Source of the DNA: Octopus sinensis
Lineage: Eukaryota
NCBI RefSeq assembly: GCF_006345805.1
Contig: NC_043021.1
Coordinates: 2,480,001-2,544,000 of the forward strand
Reading direction: 5' to 3'
DNA: 64,000 nt
Both the position numbers and the translations under genes were made by a program. Shown here one piece after another: positions 57,789 to 64,000 of this stretch; the first letter of the stretch is position 1, and the number at the start of each line of letters is the position of its first letter. Below the pieces are notes generated by a model. It saw only the letters and a list, made by a program, of their open reading frames with translations. It had not been told where the DNA came from and made no database searches.

Positions 57789-60301
57789 CCACCCACCTAA
57801 CCCTAACCCCACTTCTTTCCCCTCTTCACATCTTCTGCAGGCTCCTTTGTATATTCTTGTCTGCACTGGTGGCTGTTGCTACCGCAGCAGTAGCAGTAGT
57901 GCAGATAGTGGTGGTGGTGGTGGTGGTGGACAACTGGTGTATGTAGTGCTGGTGGTGATGACGCTGACAGTGGTGGTGGTGATGACGCTGACAGTGGTGG
58001 AGTTGATGCTGACAGTGGTGGTGTTGACGCTGGTGGTGGTGGTGGTGTTGACGCTGACAGTGGTGGTGGTGATGACGCTGACAGTGGTGGTGGTGGTGTT
58101 GACGCTGACAGTGGTGGTGGTGATTGACGCTGACAGTGGTGGTGGTGGTGTTGACGCTGACAGTGGTGGTGGTGATGACGCTGACAGTGGTGGTGGTGGT
58201 GTTGACGCTGACAGTGGTGGTGGTGTTGACGCTGACAGTGGTGGTGGTGGTGATGACGCTGACAGTGGTGGTGGTGGTGTTGACGCTGACAGTGGTGGTG
58301 GTGGTGTTGACGCTGACAGTGGTGGTGGTGATGACGCTGACAGTGGTGGTGGTGGTGGTGATGACGCTGACAGTGGTGGTGGTGATGACGCTGACAGTGG
58401 TGGTGGTGGTGTTGACGCTGACAGTGGTGGTGGTGGTGTTGACGCTGACAGTGGTGGTGGTGTTGACGCTTTGTTTTGACGCTGACAGTGGTGGTGGTGG
58501 TGTTGACGCTGACAGTGGTGGTGGTGATGCTTGACAGTGACGGTGGTGGTGGTGTTGACGCTGACAGTGGTGGTGGTGTGATGACGCTGACAGTGGTGGT
58601 GGTGGTGTTGACGCTGACAGTGGTGGTGGTGGTGTTGACGCTGACAGTGGTGGTGGTGTTGACGCTGACAGTGGTGGTGGTGGTGTTGACGCTGACAGTG
58701 GTGGTGGTGATGACGCTGACAGTGGTGGTGGTGGTGTTGACGCTGACAGTGGTGGTGGTGGTGTTGACGCTGACAGTGGTGGTGGTGTTGACGCTGACAG
58801 TGGTGGTGGTGGTGTTGACGCTGACAGTGGTGGTGGGTGATGACGCTGACAGTGGTGGTGGTGGTGTTGACGCTGACAGTGGTGGTGGTGGTGGTGGTGT
58901 TGACGCTGACGGTGGTGGTGGTGGTGCTAGTGGCAGTGGTGTGGTTGTTGTTTTGGTGGTGCTGGTGGACAACTGGCCTATTTCATATTTCACCCTTCTT
59001 CTTCCTAAATACTTGACATTAGTTGTTATTGTTTTGTTTTTTTTTTCTATTTGTTTTTATTTCCATTTTTATGTATGATATATATTACTGTAAGCATTCA
59101 CTCCCCAAACCTTCCCTCCTGCCCACCAACCACACACACACACACACACACACACAACCTACTGCATAGGAAATGGTTGCTATTTTTACATGCATCTCTA
59201 TCTTCCATCTGGTTTCCCCACCACCACCACCACCAGCCCCATCGTTTCCCCTTTACCCCCTCTCCTTGTACATCCTTTACTTGAAAATGGCCAACCGCGT
59301 AGAGAGTGCAGCATAGCAAATTTACCGGTTCTTGACGCTACAACACCAAACACACACAACACGCACCGATTCAAAGTATAACGGTAACTACAAAGCAGAA
59401 TAAACCAGCGGAACTCTAGTTGCATGAAGACGGAATTACCATCTTCTTAACTTCGTTGGCGCCATGTTAATTGGCCTTGTGATATGTGGAAAGCTTTTCT
59501 GCTTCGCTCTTGTACTAAGCCTCATGACTAATTGTGTCTCTACTTAAAAACACAAGGCTCCTTACTGTATCTGATGACATATGTGGAGGTGCAATGGCCC
59601 AGTGGTTAGGGCAGCGGACTCACGGTCGTAGGATCGCGGTTTCGATTCCCAGACCGAGCATTGTGAGTGTTTATTGAGCGAAAACACCTAAAAGCTCCAC
59701 GAGCTCCGGCAGGGATGGTGGTGATCCCTGCTGTACTCTTTCACCACAACTTTCTCTCACTCTTACTTCCTGTTTCTGTTGTACCTGTATTTCAAAGGGC
59801 CGGCCTTGTCACTCTCTGTGTCACGCTGAATATCCCCGAGAACTACGTTAAGGGTACACGTGTCTGTGGAGTGCTCAGCCACTTACACGTTAATTTCACG
59901 AGCAGGCTGTTCCGTTGATTCGGATCAACCGGAACCCTCGTCATCGTAACCGACAGAGTTCTTCCATCCATTCTGAAGATTGTCCTGCCATTGTCCTTTG
60001 ACCAGGAAGGACAGGCAGTCTTCATTTGTCTGGTGGCTTCAGCAAAAAGGGGTTTCTGTGGTGGAGCAAGTTGTAAGGGTGCAGTTGGACGTGCTGCCCC
60101 CTCAGCAGATTTGTTGGAAAGCAAATGAGAGGGGAGGGGAGGGGAGGGTCCAAGTGGAGAAGCCCATTCAGAGCATTTACCTGTCGACTGAAGAACAACA
60201 GTGAGAGGATGCTTACCTTAGGGGTCAGGCTTTTGTGGGGTTTCCACAAGTAGTCCTCACTTGCTTAGCATATATGTATGTATGTAGACAGACAGACAGA
60301 C

Positions 60302-60376
<75 letters not shown>

Positions 60377-60988
60377 TGGATAGGGACAGATAGATACATA
60401 GCTAGATAGAGACATAGATAAACTGATGGATTGATGGAAAGAGAGACAGAAATGGATAGATGGACAGAGAGAGAGAAAGTGAGAAGGACAAAAAACAGAT
60501 AGATAGAGAGATGGATAAATGTATAGATAGATACATACATACAAACATACATCAATAGATAGATAAATGGACCTGTAGAGAGAGAGAGAGAGAGAGACAA
60601 AAAAGAACAGATAGATGGATGGATGTGTGTGTCTTTTTGTCTTGACAGTGCATGATAGTCGTAAATGAGTGTCACTGTCATACAAGCAGGGTCATTGGTT
60701 TCCAATATTCTACAAGAACATTTTTCTGGCCATGGCTTGGAAACAGATGAAGGTTGGTGACTGGAAGGGCATCCGTCTGTAGAATACATGCCTCAGCAAA
60801 TCCCAGCCAAGCCTCCCAAGCATGGAAAAGAGGATCTTAAAGCAACAACTACGATGATATTGATCTCACACATAAATGTATACACACACACACACAAAGG
60901 GATTGATTTCTGCATGTTGTTACATGCAATGCTTATTTATCTGGGTATATGTGTTAATTTGCGTGGATGGGTGTAGGTGTGTGTTGTG

Positions 60989-61041
<53 letters not shown>

Positions 61042-61251
61042 TCTTTTACTTGTTTCAGTCATTTGACTGTGGCCATGCTTGAGCACCGCCTTTAGTCAAG
61101 CAACTCAACCCCCGGGACTTATTCTTTGTAAGCCCAGTACTTATTCTATCGGTCGCTTTTGCTGAACCGCTAAGTGACGGGGACATAACCACACCAGCAT
61201 CGGTTGTCAAGCAATGATAGGGGGACAAACACAGACACACAAACAACACAC

Positions 61252-61282
<31 letters not shown>

Positions 61283-62197
61283 TTATATAATATATATATA
61301 TATACATATATACGACGGGCTTCTTCCGTCTACCAAATCCACTCACAAGGCTTTGGTCAGCCCGAGTCTACAGTAGAAGACACTTCCCCAAGGTGCCATG
61401 CAGTGGGACTGAACCCGGAACCATGTGGTTGGTAAACAAGCTACTTACCACACAGCTACTCCTGTATATATATATATACTTTCTTTTACTTGTTTCAGTC
61501 ATTTGACTGGCCATGCTGGAGCACCGCCTTTAGTCAAGCACATCGACCCCAGAACTTATTCTTTGTAAGCCTAGTACTTATTCTATCAGTCTCTTCTGCC
61601 GAACCGCTAAGTTACGGGGACATAAACACACCAGCATCGGTTGTCAAGCAATGCTAGGGGGACAAACACAGACACATAAACACACACACACATGCATATA
61701 TATATATACATCTATACGACGGGCTTCTTTCAGTTTCTTTCTACCAAATCCACTCACAAGGCTTTGGTCAACCCGAGGCTATAGTAGAAGACACTTGCCC
61801 AAGGTGCCACGCAGTGGGAATGAACCCAGAACCATGTGGTTGGTAAGCAAGCTACTTACCACACAGCCACTCCTGCGCCTATATATAAAATTATTTTTTT
61901 TGGTAATGAGATATAAAACCAAGGGTGTGTAGATTTTAGAACATTTATAGATAGAAGGTCTTACAGCTGTTTCCGGGATCTTTATTGATTATATCCCTTC
62001 ATCTGGGACTGTGTGAGAGGATGGTTAAGTAATAGTTAGTTTAGATGTGATACAAAACAGAGAGTGAGGTGGAGGAAAGAGAATAGATGTGAGATATGTA
62101 GGGATATTGTATTTCTTTTTTATCAATGTGTTTGTAGCTTTGAATTAATCATCCATATCTCTCACTATATAAGTGTGTGTGTGTGTGTGTATATATG

Positions 62198-62252
<55 letters not shown>

Positions 62253-63276
62253 CTTCTTGGGACAAAAAACTCTACTTGTAAAGACCTGTTGAGGCGAGTG
62301 AAAATCAAAATCGATCAACATCAATGGAAATTGCAGCTGTGATACCAGTGCCGGTGGTACGTAAGAGAACCATCCGAACGTGGCCGTTTGCCAGCCTCAT
62401 CTGGCACATAAAAAGCACCCACTACACTCAAGGAGTGGTTGGCGTTTGGAAGGGCATCCAGCCTTAGAAACATTGCCAGATCAGACTGGGCCTGGTGCAG
62501 CCTTCTGGCTTCCCAGACCCCAGTTGAATCGTCCAACCCATGCTAGCATGGAAAGCGGACGCTAAACGATGATGATGATGATGATGATACACTTACATGC
62601 TCTGACATGTGTCATGATACAAACACATTGATAAAAAAAAAATCATTCCTGAATCAATTTTCTGTTTGGTAAGTATGTCTACTTAATCCTTTTGATATCA
62701 CCTCCATCTGGGACAGCCCATGGATCAATGATATGAATTCCATATTTTGAAGTGATCTGAATGAAAACCTGCTCTTGAAATTTCTTGTTAATTTAGGTTC
62801 CAAACACCAGTTTTTGCAATGACAAAGATATTTTACTGAATTCATTTTTTTGAAAATTAATTGTAACAAAAATAATATTATTTTGACAGATATGGTGACA
62901 AAAGGGTTAAAGTGATCTAAATTAAAACCTGCCATTAAAATTTTATGCTAATTTGTGTTCCAAACTTCATGTCAAATTTATTTTACTCAGTTAGTCATTA
63001 TTTTCAAAATTAATTAAAAACAAAGTATATTTTGATAAATATGGTAACAAAAGGTTTAAAGTGATCTCACTGTCTACTTTGCAGGATCGACTACAGCGCT
63101 GTGCCCTCGACTGCAAAGACCAAGTTCGTGACAGGATGAACCCTACCGCTACGGATATGACCCAGTATCGTGGAGAGCTCGAGTCTTGTGTACGGAAGTG
63201 CTCGGAGACTCATATTAATTTGATACCAACTCTTATGAAACGCATACGGGAGACAATAGCAGTACAGTCGAAGTAG
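37324..63276 (+). CDS. FAM136A: FAM136A, 3 coding exons, 138 aa
   Basis: join(37324-37407, 48135-48275, 63085-63276). MEDIQARVQNAVNSMITQLDQECLRKMQ | GDMYRCGANCCD...IQMFQ | DRLQRCALDCKD...SK*. The paired-Cys pattern and length match FAM136A; both introns are phase-0 GT-AG. Confidence 0.95.
39063..39598 (-). mobile_element. BovB-like RTE LINE 3' fragment
   Basis: ILNIQWEDHVTNNKVL...LRWAGHVQRMEPSCLPRIMLYGELATGTRPRGGPK; decayed C2H2 end HRLGLQSH. Confidence 0.85.
39884..39983. repeat. 100-nt hairpin palindrome
   Basis: 29-bp outer stem with one mismatch, a small internal loop, then an 8-bp AGAGTTTC/GAAACTCT stem. Confidence 0.88.
41067..43036 (+). mobile_element. Cluster of SINE family A copies (41067-41481, 41690-41965, 42636-43036) plus a family M fragment
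   Basis: Repeated GGAGTGGCTGTGTGGTAAG head and GAAACAAGTAAAAGAG tail. Confidence 0.82.
44295..44626 (+). mobile_element. Family B copy with three 47-48-bp modules
   Basis: GGCACGTAAAAAGCACCATCCAATCGTGGCCGTTTGCCAGCCTCGTCT repeated three times, then core and tail. Confidence 0.85.
44630..45470 (-). mobile_element. Four head-to-tail family M copies, three of them degenerate
   Basis: Repeated TCAACCCC...AAAGTCAAC..GGAATTTGAACTC blocks. Confidence 0.75.
45820..46970 (-). mobile_element. Family B copy with an internal 65-bp x15 tandem expansion
   Basis: GACGAGG recurs at 46021, 46086 ... 46929 (15 times); core and (ATC)n tail at 45820-46000. Confidence 0.9.
48135..48275 (+). CDS. FAM136A: FAM136A exon 2
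   Basis: ctctgtag acceptor; CAG|GTAACT donor; 141 nt. Confidence 0.95.
49228..51420 (-). mobile_element. 5'-truncated, nearly intact RTE-clade LINE: RT ORF 51420-49804 with one in-frame TGA at 50122-50124, PHD-like insert, about 575-bp 3' UTR and (GAT)n tail
   Basis: KAPGPSGITAEMLK; YRGIKLL; QFGFVPGKST; FADMEKAFDRVPR; GVHQGSVLSPLLF; YADD; RLRWYGHV; GRPRKTW. Confidence 0.95.
52263..52700 (+). mobile_element. SINE family A copy with a 38-bp 3' extension
   Basis: Full-length; extension shared with 32939-32976. Confidence 0.85.
53781..54017 (-). mobile_element. SINE family M copy
   Basis: Flanked by an AATTACCCAGAGACC duplication. Confidence 0.85.
57950..58930. repeat. Minisatellite of (GGT)n runs separated by a constant TGACGCTGACAGT core (about 35-40 units)
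   Basis: Unit length about 24-30 bp, varying mainly in GGT number. Confidence 0.95.
59583..59965 (+). mobile_element. SINE family C copy
   Basis: Highly similar to 12371-12754. Confidence 0.85.
60280..60620. repeat. (GATA)n/(GACA)n microsatellite mosaic
   Basis: Direct reading. Confidence 0.9.
61038..61879 (-). mobile_element. Two tandem SINE family A copies
   Basis: 61038-61463 and 61478-61879. Confidence 0.85.
62247..62590 (+). mobile_element. Family B copy reaching back to the sequence just after the RTE stop codon
   Basis: Starts TACCTTTCCTTCTTGGGACA as at 33272-33290; GGAAGGGCATCC core; (GAT)n tail. Confidence 0.85.
62687..63059. mobile_element. piggyBac-type MITE (62687-62906) plus a tandem duplicate of its 3' part ending 25 bp before the FAM136A exon 3 acceptor
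   Basis: TTAA|TCCTTTTGATATCA ... GGTGACAAAAGGG|TTAA; second end GGTAACAAAAGGT|TTAA at 63056-63059. Confidence 0.7.
63085..63276 (+). CDS. FAM136A: FAM136A exon 3
   Basis: ctttgcag acceptor; TAG stop ending at 63276. Confidence 0.95.
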   Translation, partial: DRLQRCALDCKDQVRDRMNPTATDMTQYRGELESCVRKCSETHINLIPTLMKRIRETIAVQSK

Positions 63277-64000
63277 CACATGGACCTTGTAGTCACAGCA
63301 GAGTTAGAGTTCGGGTGGATGAACAGATGGATTGGGTGAGTGGATGGATGGACGAATGAGAGCAGTCATTGTTTATGTTTCCCTGTTGGTTTTGGTGCTT
63401 ATCCCTCCCGTGGACATATGCAGGTATCACCTGATCAAGAGAAACATTGCAGAGGTTTTCTTGTTGGTTGGGTGGATGGGGCAGAGGATATGAGGCATAT
63501 TGGTGGAGAAATGCAATTGGAATTACAAGAATTCTAACTGGAATTGCAACAGTTCTAACTAAGAGAAAATAAAATTCTTATAAAATGAAAGTGAAGCGTT
63601 TTGTGTTTGTTGTCATTTCTAGTCTTTGACAGCAATGAGTGTAAGCAGCAAGGACTTATTCCTGTAGAATGAACAAAGGAATTCTCACAATCGGTAAGAA
63701 TTCTTACTGCTGGTGTGCGACAGGTTTTTACTTCACAAACCTCCTCTAAGTAAGATGTATTTTGATGATAACAATTTAATTCTTCTAAGGTGGAAAACTT
63801 GCAGAACCATTAGCACACAGAGACAAAATGCTCAGCGGCTGAGCATTTTTTCCGTCTTTACATGCTGAGTTCAAATTCTGCCGAGGTCGACTTTGCCTTT
63901 CATCCTTCCAGGGTCAATAAAATAAATACCTATTTCTTTATTACCCACAAGGGGCTAAACATAGAGGGGACAAACAAGGACAGACATAGGTATTAAGTCG

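Noticed and set aside
57643-59078. Gly/Asp-, Val/Thr- and His/Gln-rich ORFs up to 396 aa
   Set aside because: Translation of the (GGT)n minisatellite; frames shift within the array and no flanking exon structure is evident.
59966-60260. Short ORFs possibly from a LINE 5' region
   Set aside because: No diagnostic endonuclease motif; left unannotated.

Overview
Eukaryotic, AT-rich, microsatellite- and SINE-dense genomic DNA. The repeat landscape suggests an octopus or other coleoid cephalopod; this is an inference, not a database result. Two spliced genes lie head-to-head with their ATGs about 850 bp apart. (1) Minus strand: a 12-exon WDR34/DYNC2I2 (dynein-2 intermediate chain) gene, CDS 36476 to 2514, 1494 nt, 497 aa, with all exon phases consistent. 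Its intron 5 (13248-24509, 11.3 kb) is a minor-spliceosome (U12-type GT-AG) intron with a GTATCCTTT donor and a CCCCTTAAC branch site. (2) Plus strand: a 3-exon FAM136A gene (37324-63276, 138 aa). The introns hold a U1 snRNA-derived sequence with stem-loops II-IV intact but a degenerate 5' end, and a nearly intact 5'-truncated RTE LINE (one nonsense codon, an inserted C4HC3 PHD-like finger). The 3' UTR of that LINE is the source of more than 20 short (GAT)n-tailed repeats and of three internal tandem arrays. Also present: decayed Tc1, CR1, R4/Dong-like and BovB-like fragments, three tRNA-headed SINE families, TTAA (piggyBac-type) MITEs, a non-autonomous Helitron, four strong fold-back palindromes, two Penelope-type hammerhead-like motifs, and 34/24-bp, 150-bp and (GGT)n-cored tandem arrays. 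There is no CRISPR array or prokaryotic system, and most long ORFs in the track are repeat artefacts. Repeat boundaries were read by eye and are approximate to about 10-20 bp; exon boundaries are exact.
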